Positions 35,334 through 45,739 are shown, counted from the first letter of the stretch. The stretch: DNA of 64,000 bases from Escherichia coli (GCF_041248615.1 NZ_CP158426.1), one strand, 5' to 3'. Numbers and translations are program-made. Notes: generated by a model from the letters alone, not told the origin.

Positions 35334-36088
35334 TATTCTTTCTCCTCACGGGGTGACAGGGAGAGGCTCCGGCGCAATGACGGCGTAGAGATCTTTTCTA
35401 TGGCAATTTTCTTCTGGCGGAATTTTGAGGGGACGCCACGAACCACGCCCTTCGGCCAGATCACGCAGGGACGTAACTGGTCACCTGCAGGCGTAGGCTT
35501 CAGGAACGGCGGGGGTGTCAATTTATCCTCGTGGGTTCCGGGTACGGCATAGTGGGGAGCAGCAGCGTAACCGATTCGTTGCACATAGCTGGTTCCGGAA
35601 AAAGCCGCTTCCGGCTGTTCTCCGGTACGGAAATTGCCGGAGTAGTAGCAACTCAGTGCTCTTTTCAGCGAGCCGCCGCGTCGGTAACAGTCGTTGAGGA
35701 TGTGTTCGAAAACAGACAAATTGGTACAGGGATCAAGCAGCTCAGAGGCTGTCACACCGTAATGATGGAAATTGGTGCTGGTAATTTGCATCAGCCCCAC
35801 AGAATAACGGCGGCTCTGCGCCATAAGGCGACCTATGATTCGCTCGGCTCTTTCCCGGCTGGTGGGCTGATGAGAAATGATTTTATTGTGACCGAAGGTG
35901 CCTGAGCCCTTTGGGATAATTTCGGCGATCGCATAAGGGTTAAAATTGGACTCCACCCTTACGACGTCGAGTGCTGTGGACGGATGAATGCTGGTGGCAC
36001 ACTGCATGGCCACCGCCAGAAAGGCAGATGTGGAAAGCATAGTAGCCTCGGGAATGCGGGCAGCGTACATAGCCAAAGAACCATGCAT
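35333..36088 (-). CDS. virB1: VirB1 lytic transglycosylase (SLT domain)
   Basis: VRVESNFNPYAI catalytic-Glu motif plus GLMQI and a Y..Y pattern. First gene of the virB operon. The start is ambiguous, with ATGs between 36040 and 36088. Confidence 0.8.
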   Translation of the reverse strand: MHGSLAMYAARIPEATMLSTSAFLAVAMQCATSIHPSTALDVVRVESNFNPYAIAEIIPKGSGTFGHNKIISHQPTSRERAERIIGRLMAQSRRYSVGLMQITSTNFHHYGVTASELLDPCTNLSVFEHILNDCYRRGGSLKRALSCYYSGNFRTGEQPEAAFSGTSYVQRIGYAAAPHYAVPGTHEDKLTPPPFLKPTPAGDQLRPCVIWPKGVVRGVPSKFRQKKIAIEKISTPSLRRSLSLSPREEKE

Positions 36089-36625
36089 GCTGAGGGAAAC
36101 TTGAAGGGGTAATGTGTGGTTTCGAGATTGTGAGCACTTTGCGCCGGATTTCCGAAGCCATAATAAAGGGTTTCATGAGATATTCTTTACAGGGCTTTTG
36201 ATTCGGGTAAATGCGGCACTAATGTTTTTGAAGTAGATGTTTTATTTCAGCGTGTCTGTTGAAAATTCAAGACCGACAAAATGATGTCACTTGGTTTTAT
36301 CTGGATAGTCTCTAATCAAAATAATAATTAATGGGTCACATCCCAATTCTGCATTCCGATTTCAACGGGTCAGCGAGAACATTCAGCGGCACACTGAATT
36401 AAGGTTGTGTGATAGCCTGATATAAATTATTAAAGAACGGTGCTCGACCAGGCTGAATAAATGCCTAACTGTCAGGTCGATGAGCAGAAACACTATCAGG
36501 ATGGATTTAATTAATATAAATTGGAATGATAAAGTGAAAATGAAATGATAAGAGTTTTTCGGGGATGAATTTTAGTAGTGTAAGGGGAGGGGGATATAAT
36601 CGATGATTGTGTTTGTACTAATAGT

Positions 36626-36663
36626 GAAATATAAAGACGTGCGGGGTTTTAATTCCCTGCACG
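36626..36663 (-). terminator. rho-independent terminator after the traR-like gene
   Basis: On the minus strand: CGTGCAGGG-aattaaaa-CCCCGCACG (9-bp stem with one G-U pair), followed by TCTTTATATTTC. Confidence 0.55.
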
Positions 36664-36677
36664 CCTTACTGTTAACA

Positions 36678-36887
36678 TTAGCGTTTACGTCGTTCAAGCA
36701 TTTCCTGGCATTCTCTACACGTTGTTACTCCTGGCAGAGTGTGCCTCCGCTTTTCAGGAATTGGTCTACCGCAGAACTGACAGTGATACAGGGAAGGTGT
36801 TGCTGCTGGTTTGAAACGGCTTTGTTCAATCATTTCCTCCAGACGTTGCTCATTGAATTCCTGGTCGCGATCAACTTCGTCAGGCAT
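36678..36887 (-). CDS. traR: TraR/DksA-family C4 zinc-finger protein
   Basis: 69 aa from the ATG at 36887. CQFCGRPIPEKRR...TTCRECQE is the TraR/DksA C4 motif. Confidence 0.8.
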   Translation of the reverse strand: MPDEVDRDQEFNEQRLEEMIEQSRFKPAATPSLYHCQFCGRPIPEKRRHTLPGVTTCRECQEMLERRKR

Positions 36888-36888
36888 A

Positions 36889-37461
36889 TCATGTCCTCCT
36901 GTCTGTCCTTCCCTGCTCGCAAAATGTGATTCGGTTACACACAACAGTGAGTGAGGGGGGATTGGGCTCTGAGGCTAACTCTTCGGTGATCTGCATCATG
37001 ATGTTAATTGCTTCATTAGCATCAGGACTTTTCCCTTTTAACGCCTTCCATCGGCACCATATTGTGGCATCCATGGTTTCATCAGGAAGAGGTGAGCGTC
37101 CATACGGTACAGAGATGCCCTGTAATCTGCGGTTGAAACAGACATCGTTGGAAGTAAGACCAAAATAATGCTTTAGTAAGGCTATAGATCCACCTAACCG
37201 GATCGCCCGATTAATTTGCTGATGATGCTGGGTTTCAGTACGTGCTCTTTCCAGCTGTTTGCGTAAAATGTCATGGTGAATTTTGACTGTAATAAATGAT
37301 GCGGGAGAGTGGCAGATGTTCAATAATACATCAAGTGGTAACTGACTGATTTCGTTTATTTCTTCAAGAGTAAATCCAAGTGTTTCACCATAAGATAAGT
37401 CACCATCCTTCAATGCATAAATTACATCCGTGAGTACGTAATAATTCAGCAAGGGAAACAT
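36889..37461 (-). CDS. ICE-associated hypothetical protein (DUF2857-like)
   Basis: 190-aa ORF sitting between alpA and traR, as in other genomic-island backbones. The family call is from memory of similar contexts only. Confidence 0.45.
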   Translation of the reverse strand: MFPLLNYYVLTDVIYALKDGDLSYGETLGFTLEEINEISQLPLDVLLNICHSPASFITVKIHHDILRKQLERARTETQHHQQINRAIRLGGSIALLKHYFGLTSNDVCFNRRLQGISVPYGRSPLPDETMDATIWCRWKALKGKSPDANEAINIMMQITEELASEPNPPSLTVVCNRITFCEQGRTDRRT

Positions 37462-37478
37462 AAGTTATCTCTCTTATC

Positions 37479-37664
37479 TTAGCGGTTAGCTAATTTACAA
37501 TTAATCCATTCGTCAATCTCCGACTCGAGCCAGGCTACGCTGGCTGGGCCGATTTTTATTGAGAGTGGGAAACGCTTGTCTTTCATATACAGATAGATTT
37601 GTGAGCGTTTAAGACCTGTTTTTTGCTCGACCTGTCTGAGGCGTAATAATTGATGAGATGGCAT
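37479..37664 (-). CDS. alpA: AlpA-family transcriptional regulator / excisionase-like HTH
   Basis: 61 aa: LLRLRQVEQKTGLKRSQIYLYMKDKRFP..IKIGPASVAWLESEIDEWI is the AlpA/Phage_AlpA pattern. Confidence 0.85.
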   Translation of the reverse strand: MPSHQLLRLRQVEQKTGLKRSQIYLYMKDKRFPLSIKIGPASVAWLESEIDEWINCKLANR

Positions 37665-37798
37665 TTGTTCCTCCAGGGGCTTATGGCATTGCTATCATAA
37701 AGGAACACAGAATGATGTTTAGATAAAGACAGTGAACCCGTATTACGACATTATTCACCCGTAATACGGATCTCAGAGCTATATACACGAAGGATGTA

Positions 37799-38752
37799 CT
37801 ACTTCACCGTAGTTTTAAACGATAAAGGGGAGCCACGCTCCAGCGCCGTTTTTAGCGTATCACCGCTGAGATGATCGGTGATACCATCAGAGATTGCCCA
37901 TTCCTCAAATATAGACAAGAGTTTGTAGGGTTGTTTCACCAGAGGGCGTATATCATCATTATGATAACAGGCTAGCCAGAACAGCCGGGATAAGGGCGTA
38001 GATATTCTCGTCGGAGATAACTTGGGGTTTTTGTCACTGGTTAGCTTTTCTATCAATCTCTCAATTTCAACACATTTGATAACGAAAAAAGCATCTTGTG
38101 GCAAGTCATGCATTGGGAAGTAGCATGGATCCGCATAGTCCCGCTTTTCATTCCGCAAGGAAGACTCTTTTATTATAGAGGTGGTTTCATTCGATAAGTA
38201 TTTTATCTTGCTCTGAATTTGTTCTTTCCATGATATTTTATTGAAAAGTAAGAAAAGTTCATTTCCACTCGTAACAGTGATGCCAAAATTAATGGTGTCA
38301 GGATTATCAATAGGTAGTGGCATGCTGAGCGAGTCTGCTAGATATCTTTGTATGATAATGTATTCAAATCCAAATAGGTTTGTGTCCAAAATATTCCTGC
38401 GAGATGAAAAGTAATCTCCTTCAGTAGATATGATAAGGTTCCTATTATTTTTGAAACAATGTTTATCAAGAAAGCAGAGTCTCTTTAGCTCTGAATTGTC
38501 CAAGGTAGATATTTTTACTTTTTCTCCATTTTTAGTTATTTTTCGTAATGTCACCGGAGACTGGAAGTAAATGGATAGATTGATTTGCCCATACAGTGCA
38601 CAGCGATATATTGTACTTTCTGTAATTGAAGTATCGAATGTCTCATTAATCACTTGCACAGCTTCGTGTATTGTTAACCAGTTTTTTGCCATAAGCTTGA
38701 GATTGCTATTCCAGGACATAAGTGATTTTCCTTCATTTATTTTCTTTGGCAA
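37799..38752 (-). CDS. hypothetical protein with an N-terminal AlpA/MerR-like HTH
   Basis: 317-aa low-GC ORF. WLTIHEAVQVINETF...STIYR resembles a short HTH. The remainder is unrecognised. Confidence 0.5.
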   Translation of the reverse strand: MPKKINEGKSLMSWNSNLKLMAKNWLTIHEAVQVINETFDTSITESTIYRCALYGQINLSIYFQSPVTLRKITKNGEKVKISTLDNSELKRLCFLDKHCFKNNRNLIISTEGDYFSSRRNILDTNLFGFEYIIIQRYLADSLSMPLPIDNPDTINFGITVTSGNELFLLFNKISWKEQIQSKIKYLSNETTSIIKESSLRNEKRDYADPCYFPMHDLPQDAFFVIKCVEIERLIEKLTSDKNPKLSPTRISTPLSRLFWLACYHNDDIRPLVKQPYKLLSIFEEWAISDGITDHLSGDTLKTALERGSPLSFKTTVK

Positions 38753-38987
38753 TTATCTGATGCCATAAGTTAATTGATTGCTATCAATGTGAGAAATACC
38801 TCAGCGTTTATAGACATGCGAGGTTCAGAAAAATAAATTATCTTATTGATATTTCTTCTTTATAGCTTGTAAGTGGTAGTCGCCAATGATGCAAGGGAAA
38901 GGGTCTTTATGGGCATATATCCTATCCGTTAATTTCAACCATGTTCTGTTGTCCAGAGTCAGAATACATCTAACTCTGGATACGTTT

Positions 38988-40037
38988 TCACCAGTGATAA
39001 CTTATCCCTGTATCAAGTTTATCTGCACAGTCAATCCCTGCAGGGCTATTTCTGACGTTATTAAATTTATAATCTAAAAATATCTGCATATTTTTGTTGA
39101 AGTAGTAGCTAAAGCCTATTTCTTCATAATCCAGCACTCGGGTTCGTTGGCCAGCGATTGTTTGCGTCAGGTGAGTGTAACCAATGTTGGGCTGAAATCT
39201 GTCGGTCAGCATATACTTAGCCAGGGCTTCATAGCTGAAGGAGTTGGTATTATTGTTGCGAGGTTGGGGGTTGATAGCATTATTACTCTGCGTGAAAACA
39301 GTGGCCAGATAAAGTTTTTTGCTCTGGTACTTGACCCCCTCTGCGAAAGTTCGAATATTTTTTTTGTAACCGGCATTTTGTTGCTGTGAAAATGTGGTCT
39401 CGGAAGATGACGCAGCAAAAATTGCACTGAGCTTTGGCGTAAAGAACCAGGACAGCGAAGTACCAATACCATTGCCGTTCTGTTGTCTTAAGGTACGATT
39501 CTCGTTGTTACTTTTGAACTGGTATTGCATCGCTAATTTCACTGTCTGTTGAAAGACCGAAAATTTTTTTCGCCACGTAATAAGATCAAGGGCTCGGCCA
39601 CGCATGAAGTTGTCAATGTAGTTATAGGACATTTCCCTGAATAAGGGAGAGCGGTCTGTTATTGAGGTAACGTCGTACAGTACCCCCCAGTTCCGACCGA
39701 TATCAAGGCTTCCCCAGTACGGGTTGTCTACACCCAGAAACGCTAGCCGGGTTGCATTTCTGCTGGCATCTGATGCACTAACCGTATATTCCCAATGAGC
39801 GTAGGTTTGCCAGTTGTGGGTAAGTTCATGCTTCCCAATCAACCCAAAATAGAGATAGCTACGATCGCCATCATCTTTTATGTTATTACTGGTAAAACGT
39901 CTCGCAATAATAGTGCCATAAAAATCGAGACTTTTACCGTCCTGGTTCAGAACGTTGACCGCAAAAGAGTAGGGTGAGAAGAGTAGTGTGATTGATATAA
40001 AATAATAGCGTAAGTAATGCAATGTCATGATAAACAT
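38988..40037 (-). CDS. general-porin-family outer-membrane protein
   Basis: Signal peptide. DFYG, alternating beta-strand pattern, aromatic girdle residues. C-terminal ...GISYHW. 349 aa. Confidence 0.7.
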   Translation of the reverse strand: MFIMTLHYLRYYFISITLLFSPYSFAVNVLNQDGKSLDFYGTIIARRFTSNNIKDDGDRSYLYFGLIGKHELTHNWQTYAHWEYTVSASDASRNATRLAFLGVDNPYWGSLDIGRNWGVLYDVTSITDRSPLFREMSYNYIDNFMRGRALDLITWRKKFSVFQQTVKLAMQYQFKSNNENRTLRQQNGNGIGTSLSWFFTPKLSAIFAASSSETTFSQQQNAGYKKNIRTFAEGVKYQSKKLYLATVFTQSNNAINPQPRNNNTNSFSYEALAKYMLTDRFQPNIGYTHLTQTIAGQRTRVLDYEEIGFSYYFNKNMQIFLDYKFNNVRNSPAGIDCADKLDTGISYHW

Positions 40038-40133
40038 CCCTAAAGATGGCTCAGCATCTGAATGGTGGCAGGGTGGACAATTTACCGCGACATATGCTCA
40101 TTGCTTAAATCCAATGGAATGAGATTATTATCG

Positions 40134-40970
40134 TTATGCTGAAGCGTTTTGTTTATGGCTAAAATAACTGATGATGCCATTAGAAATGGCGGATGCAATT
40201 TTGTTGCGGAATGCTGTTGTGCCTAATAATTTCTCCTCCTGTGGGTTGGTGATAAAAGAGGTTTCAATCAGGACAGATGGGATATAGGGTGATTTAAGTA
40301 CGGCAAAAGCTGCCTGTTCTGTATGGTTTGAATGCATATGGTGGACAGGAGAAATATGGTGAACTATATGTGATCCCAGTAAAAGACTTTCCCTGATGGT
40401 TTCAGTCTGTTCAAGATCGAAGATGATTTTGTCGAGATACTTGTCTCTGTGAATGATTCGTTTTCCTGCAATATTATCAGCAGCATTCTCACTTTTAGAT
40501 AGATACCTTGCCATAGCGCTGCTGGCTCCCCGTGTTGAAAGTGCAAAAACGGAAGCGCCATGGGCTGCAGGACTTGCGAAACCATCGGCGTGAATGGACA
40601 TAAATAGATCGGCTTTGTGTGCGTGAGCAATCTGTACGCGATCGTATAGTGGAATAAATGTGTCATCCGATCGCGTCTGGAGTGCATTAATACCGTGGCT
40701 ATTGAGAATGGCTTTTATCTTAGAGGTAATATCCAGTACTACATGTTTTTCCAGCGATCCTTCACAACCCACTGCGCCGGAATCAATACCCCCGTGTCCA
40801 GGATCTAGCATTATCGTAAATTTGCTACGCCCATTTGTTGGGAGGGAGGAATGCTTATGACTTAGCTGAGGTCGCATATGTGCATATGTCAGCGGTATAG
40901 CCAGTGTATTGGCTGCGAGGGCCGCTAAACCAGTAAGAATAAGTTTTCGCCGGGTAATGTTGGTGTTCAA
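40134..40970 (-). CDS. N-acetylmuramoyl-L-alanine amidase (AmiA/AmiC-type, Tat signal)
   Basis: Twin-arginine-like TRRKLIL signal. Amidase_3 motifs: LDPGHGGIDSGA, SIHADG, LIETSFITN. Confidence 0.85.
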   Translation of the reverse strand: MNTNITRRKLILTGLAALAANTLAIPLTYAHMRPQLSHKHSSLPTNGRSKFTIMLDPGHGGIDSGAVGCEGSLEKHVVLDITSKIKAILNSHGINALQTRSDDTFIPLYDRVQIAHAHKADLFMSIHADGFASPAAHGASVFALSTRGASSAMARYLSKSENAADNIAGKRIIHRDKYLDKIIFDLEQTETIRESLLLGSHIVHHISPVHHMHSNHTEQAAFAVLKSPYIPSVLIETSFITNPQEEKLLGTTAFRNKIASAISNGIISYFSHKQNASA

Positions 40971-41303
40971 TGTTGACGCCTCATGCTGAATGATTTGTTA
41001 TGTTATAACGTTATGAATTATTTAAGGTCGAGGACTTGAATGTTATTTTTTGTTGCTTCGGGTTACTTAATATTAATCATTGGAAAATCACGAGGCTCCC
41101 AATGTATTGATAAATTGGATTTTTAATACCCATCACTACCTCTCATCGCTTGAATCATGATGACATCAGGCGTCCAGGTATGATCGTAATCTGCAAGAGC
41201 ACTGCTGATTAGCCTTTGTCCCATCTGTTTACTTTAAATCCTGAATTATCAAACAGGACAATGGAGTCCTGCTGGAAACATATTGATATAGATCCTTTCA
41301 AAA

Positions 41304-41322
41304 GATAATTATTCTCATTATT
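41304..41322. promoter_or_regulatory. Fur-box-like operator upstream of the MFS/ABC iron-uptake genes
   Basis: GATAATTATTCTCATTATT matches the 19-bp Fur consensus GATAATGATAATCATTATC at 15 of 19 positions. It lies 91 nt upstream of the MFS start. Confidence 0.55.
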
Positions 41323-41412
41323 ATTGGTTATGTTATAACGTAACAATTGAGGGTGTGCCGAGATTTAGAATGAGTCTATCCATTATTCGATGACTTATTC
41401 TGGGGAGGAATT

Positions 41413-42795
41413 ATGTCAACTGAACATATCAAAGAAGAAAAACTCAACATTGGTGCTGTGCTGGCTGTATCACTTAGTACAGTGATTGCGATGCTGGACA
41501 GCACTATCGCAAATGTTGCCTTACCTGTTATTGGCAAAGATTTTGCCGTCTCAGAAGCTGCATCCATCATGATAATCAATGCTTACCAGTTTGCTGTGGT
41601 CGCTTCATTGCTGGTATTCGCTGCATTGGGAGGCAAAATAGGTAACAAACGTATTTTTATTCTTGGAGTGATTTTTTTTGCGCTTTCCTCGTTAGGATGT
41701 GCACTTTCTGAAACACTGATGATGCTGACGGCTTTTCGCGTCATTCAGGGCTTTGGGGCTGCGGCCATTCTAAGTGTGAATGCGGTGTTGATTAAAGAGA
41801 TCTATCCTGCCCGGTTGTTAGGTCGTGGATTGGGGATTAATGTAATGGTGGTCTCTGTTTCCGCAGCGGCGGGCCCGTCAATTGCTTCAGCTATTATGTC
41901 AGTTGCGAACTGGAACTGGTTGTTTTCTATTAATGTACCGATCGCTTGTATTTCATTGCTGCTCTGTATTGTATCGTTCAAATCGACGCAACGTACCGAA
42001 AACCGGTTTGATAAAGCGGGTGCGTTGCTGGTTTTCCTGACGTTCGCTTCGTTTTCAACGATGATGCTGGGTCTGGCGAGGAACAACGTGTTAGACGTTA
42101 TCCCAAGCTCGATTATTCTTGTCGTGCTGGCAATCACTTTGTATCTGAATCAAAAAAGAAAGATTACTGATGCTTTGATCCCGGTTGCGATATTTCGCAA
42201 CAGGACATTTTCTCTGTCGTTATTAATGTCTTTGTTATCATATAGTACGCAGTTACTGGCATATGTCTCCTTACCATTTTATTTTCATAATGTATTAAAC
42301 CGCAATGTCGTTGAAATTGGCATGCTGTTAACGGCATGGCCGCTGGCGACAATGTTGACGTCATTGGTCGCGGGTGAACTAATCAAAAAGTTCGAGCCCA
42401 ACCTGGTAGCATTTACCGGACTATTACTACTTTTGATAGGCACTCTTTTAATGACATGGCTGCCCGTACAACCCTCGAATCTGCAGATCCTCTGGCGGAT
42501 CGCTATTTGTGGTTTTGGTTTTGGACTATTCCAGTCCCCTAATAATTTTCTCATTATGACTTCGGTCCCACATGAAAATAGCGGTATTGCCAGCGGATTA
42601 TTAGGCAGTTCACGTCTGATTGGGCAGATTATTGGTTCTGTGCTGGTGGCGTTTTTCTTTAATAACTTTGGGCGTAATGTAACAAATATTAGTCTTTTTG
42701 CCGGAGCATTGTTCTCATTTATGTCTCTGGCGGTGAGTTATCTCCGCTATAAATCTGCTTCTCATGACGTTGGTTTTGTTAAGAAAGTAATATAA
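41413..42795 (+). CDS. MFS transporter (DHA2/EmrB-like, about 14 TMS)
   Basis: 460 aa. Motifs LD.TIANVALP and the G..GGK.G.KR motif A. Hydrophobicity pattern fits 14 helices. Confidence 0.85.
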   Translation: MSTEHIKEEKLNIGAVLAVSLSTVIAMLDSTIANVALPVIGKDFAVSEAASIMIINAYQFAVVASLLVFAALGGKIGNKRIFILGVIFFALSSLGCALSETLMMLTAFRVIQGFGAAAILSVNAVLIKEIYPARLLGRGLGINVMVVSVSAAAGPSIASAIMSVANWNWLFSINVPIACISLLLCIVSFKSTQRTENRFDKAGALLVFLTFASFSTMMLGLARNNVLDVIPSSIILVVLAITLYLNQKRKITDALIPVAIFRNRTFSLSLLMSLLSYSTQLLAYVSLPFYFHNVLNRNVVEIGMLLTAWPLATMLTSLVAGELIKKFEPNLVAFTGLLLLLIGTLLMTWLPVQPSNLQILWRIAICGFGFGLFQSPNNFLIMTSVPHENSGIASGLLGSSRLIGQIIGSVLVAFFFNNFGRNVTNISLFAGALFSFMSLAVSYLRYKSASHDVGFVKKVI

Positions 42796-42863
42796 GTCTT
42801 TCAATAAAATAATCATGTGATGCTATTAAATTACAATTCATTTAACTCATTGAGGTGCTAAGT

Positions 42864-43943
42864 ATGCTTAATGGAAAAATATTATTCTCATTATTCATAT
42901 CATCGATAATATTATTATCAACGGCAAGCTATGCCAATAGTAGTGAGGTGAGTAAGACGATAAATGACCAAAATATGAAAAATACTGAAGAAATACCCAT
43001 AAAATTCAACCGTATTATTATCACCGGCAATTGCCCCTTTGGTGTAATTATGGCAAATGATTTGGCATATAAACATGTTGTGGGCGTAGGACCTTGGGCT
43101 TTTCTGCATTCAAACATGAAACTTCTCAAGGATATGAAGCCAGATATCGACCGTATCACTACTGACTTTATTAATAAAGACTATGTTGTAAATATGGAAT
43201 CCTTACTAAATTTACAACCAGATATTATTTACTATTATGGTAAAAGTCAGAATGATAATCTGCAGCGGGCAGGGATCCCAACTATTAATCTTGATGCTGG
43301 TGGTGACACGAAATTTGAGCCAGTAGTAACGCAAACGTATTGGGAAAACGAATTTAACCAGACGCTTGGTTTACCTCACAGTCACAAATTTTCGGATGCA
43401 TGGAAGAGAAGCCTCAATGAGGCAAAACCATATGCCGAGAAGATCAAATCACAACATATTCGGGCATTATATCTTGAGCAGAGTGATGGGAAAGAGCTCA
43501 AGGTGAGTGGGCCGAAAACATATGGTGATACCTATCTTAAGATGGCGGGGATGGAAAATGTAGCAAGTGATCTGGTGGTAAAAGGGGATGCTGGCAGGTA
43601 CATTAATGTTTCAATGGAGCAAATAATTCAGTGGGATCCCGATGTTGTATTTGTGGTCTTTGGTAGCGCGAAGGATATTCTTAATAATAAAAATCCCGGG
43701 CAAGATTGGCATAATGTTAAAGCATTCAAAGATGGGAAAATATTTTCTACACCCGTAGGACTACATAATTGGGGAGGATTGTCTGCTGAGACTTCGCTAT
43801 TACCATTGTTTATGATTAATAAATTTAACCCTGACTATATAACAGATGCAGAATTGAAAGTTGCAACGCGGTTACACTATAAAAAAGTGTTTGATTATGA
43901 AATTCCGGACGCGCTATTAACCGATGAGTTAAGACAGCGGTAA
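42864..43943 (+). CDS. periplasmic iron-siderophore/cobalamin-type substrate-binding protein (FecB/BtuF class)
   Basis: Signal peptide and the class III SBP pattern (PDIIYYYG, WDPDVVFV). GAGG lies 8 nt upstream of the ATG at 42864. It is followed by the permease and ATPase genes. Confidence 0.8.
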   Translation: MLNGKILFSLFISSIILLSTASYANSSEVSKTINDQNMKNTEEIPIKFNRIIITGNCPFGVIMANDLAYKHVVGVGPWAFLHSNMKLLKDMKPDIDRITTDFINKDYVVNMESLLNLQPDIIYYYGKSQNDNLQRAGIPTINLDAGGDTKFEPVVTQTYWENEFNQTLGLPHSHKFSDAWKRSLNEAKPYAEKIKSQHIRALYLEQSDGKELKVSGPKTYGDTYLKMAGMENVASDLVVKGDAGRYINVSMEQIIQWDPDVVFVVFGSAKDILNNKNPGQDWHNVKAFKDGKIFSTPVGLHNWGGLSAETSLLPLFMINKFNPDYITDAELKVATRLHYKKVFDYEIPDALLTDELRQR

Positions 43944-43986
43944 TAAAGTAATTCGGCGAATAGGTTTTTATTTTTAAAGGTTAGTT

Positions 43987-45000
43987 ATGCAGGAAAGACA
44001 AAAATACCGCATGCTGATGTGGATTTCAATCGTATTGTTACTGATTGTGGCTATGATTTCTTTGTTCATAGGTCGCTATACATTATCTATCCCCGAAATA
44101 ATGACGGAGGTATTACATGATAATGGTCACCGTTGTTTGAGCGCAGGATTCTCGGTTATATGCAATCTACGGTTGCCAAGGATTATTGCCGTCATGATGG
44201 TAGGGGCAGGGCTATCAGTAGCAGGCGTGACGTATCAAGCGGTGTTGCGAAATGCACTGGCTAGCCCGGATGTGCTCGGTACATCTTCCGCCGCAGCGTT
44301 CGGCGCAGCACTTGGGATACTGCTAGGTTTTCCACTACAACTCAGCGCTTTTTCCTCTTTCTTCTTTGGCATTGTCAGCCTTTTATGCGTGATGGGACTT
44401 TGCCATTTCAAGAAAAACAATGGGGAGCTCACGACTATCCTGTCGGGCATCATAGTGGCTTCGGTGTTTATGTCTTTTGTATCAATCATTAAATATGTTG
44501 CCGATCCACAGGACGAACTCCCGGCTATCGTCTTCTGGCTTATGGGGAGTTTCGCTTCTCTGGTCAAAGAGCAGGTTTATGGACTCATCCCGCTATACAT
44601 CATTTGTTATCTGGCTATTTACAAACTTCGATGGAAAATCAATGTGTTGTCTTTGGGAAATGATGAGGCCAAAATTGCTGGAATGAACCCACAATTGTTG
44701 AATACAGTTTTGCTAATCACAGCCTCAATTTTGGTGGCAGCATCAGTCACCATCGCTGGCGTGGTGGGCTGGGTTGGTCTGGTTATCCCGCATCTGGTTA
44801 GAACGCTGGTCGGGTACAACCATAGCAAGCTGATCCCGGCTTCGGCTGTATGTGGTGCGTTGTTTTTATTGGTCATCGACAACATTGCCAGGACCCTGAC
44901 TTACGCAGAGATCCCCATTGGAATACTTACTGCTCTGGTTGGTGCGCCTTTATTTGCTGTACTGTTCATCATGAGTAACCGATATGATCGAAGTGAATAA
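43987..45000 (+). CDS. FecCD-family ABC permease
   Basis: 337 aa: RLPRI..A...GA.LS.AG...Q...RN.LA.P..LG plus the C-terminal GAPLF motif. Confidence 0.85.
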   Translation: MQERQKYRMLMWISIVLLLIVAMISLFIGRYTLSIPEIMTEVLHDNGHRCLSAGFSVICNLRLPRIIAVMMVGAGLSVAGVTYQAVLRNALASPDVLGTSSAAAFGAALGILLGFPLQLSAFSSFFFGIVSLLCVMGLCHFKKNNGELTTILSGIIVASVFMSFVSIIKYVADPQDELPAIVFWLMGSFASLVKEQVYGLIPLYIICYLAIYKLRWKINVLSLGNDEAKIAGMNPQLLNTVLLITASILVAASVTIAGVVGWVGLVIPHLVRTLVGYNHSKLIPASAVCGALFLLVIDNIARTLTYAEIPIGILTALVGAPLFAVLFIMSNRYDRSE

Positions 45001-45739
45001 TCTGACGTTCGCATTCAAAAAGAGTAAAACTGCCTTTAACAATATCAGCTTCTCCATTGATGAAGGTGAGGTACTGTGCGTATTAGGACCGAATGGTGTT
45101 GGCAAAACAACATTGCTTAAAACGGTTACCGGTCTGTATCAACCGGTTAGTGGCTCATGTCATATTGGCCGAGTGGGAAACCGGAAAGCTCGTATGGCGT
45201 ATGTCCCGCAGGCCAAACGTGTTCACTTTTCTTACAATGTACTCGATTTCATCTCCTTTGGGTGCCCATTACGGGGCGGAATGCTGGCATCTCCTGGGGC
45301 GAGGGACATCGAAAAAGCGGCGCGAATATTGTCGGGACTTGGCGCTTCATATCTTGCAACCAAAGACGTTAACCAGATAAGTGGAGGTGAACTACAGATG
45401 TGCTACATCGCGAAGGCGCTGGTCTCAGAGCCGGACATCCTTGTGCTTGATGAACCTGAATCAAATCTTGATTTTAATAATCAGTCTCTCATTATCAATT
45501 GGTTGCACACGTTGTCGCGAGAGAAAAAAGTTACTATTATCCTGAATACGCACTTCATCAATCATGCAAATAACATTGCAGATAAATGTTTGCTAATGGG
45601 AAAAGATAGTTACTGTTTTGGAACAACACAGAGTGTCTTACAAGAGTCTCTCCTCGCCGATTATTTCCATGTTCCCGTTAAACGCTGTCATTTTGAACAC
45701 AAAGGAATACAGAAAGAATCATTTATTGTTGCAGTGTGA
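44984..45739 (+). CDS. ABC transporter ATP-binding protein (FecE/FepC class)
   Basis: Walker A GPNGVGKTT, signature ISGGELQ, Walker B ILVLDEP. Overlaps the permease gene by 17 nt. Confidence 0.85.
   Translation: MIEVNNLTFAFKKSKTAFNNISFSIDEGEVLCVLGPNGVGKTTLLKTVTGLYQPVSGSCHIGRVGNRKARMAYVPQAKRVHFSYNVLDFISFGCPLRGGMLASPGARDIEKAARILSGLGASYLATKDVNQISGGELQMCYIAKALVSEPDILVLDEPESNLDFNNQSLIINWLHTLSREKKVTIILNTHFINHANNIADKCLLMGKDSYCFGTTQSVLQESLLADYFHVPVKRCHFEHKGIQKESFIVAV

Noticed and set aside
34722-35552. 276-aa plus-strand ORF, plus many other 60-175-aa ORFs antisense to large genes (e.g. 7692-8288, 8987-9448, 9346-10231, 27382-28586, 32321-32686, 52698-53992)
   Set aside because: They lie entirely within, and antisense to, strongly supported genes (virB4/B2/B1, DUF554, UbiD, virB10, the exonuclease). 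They have compositionally biased translations and no RBS, which makes them typical shadow ORFs.
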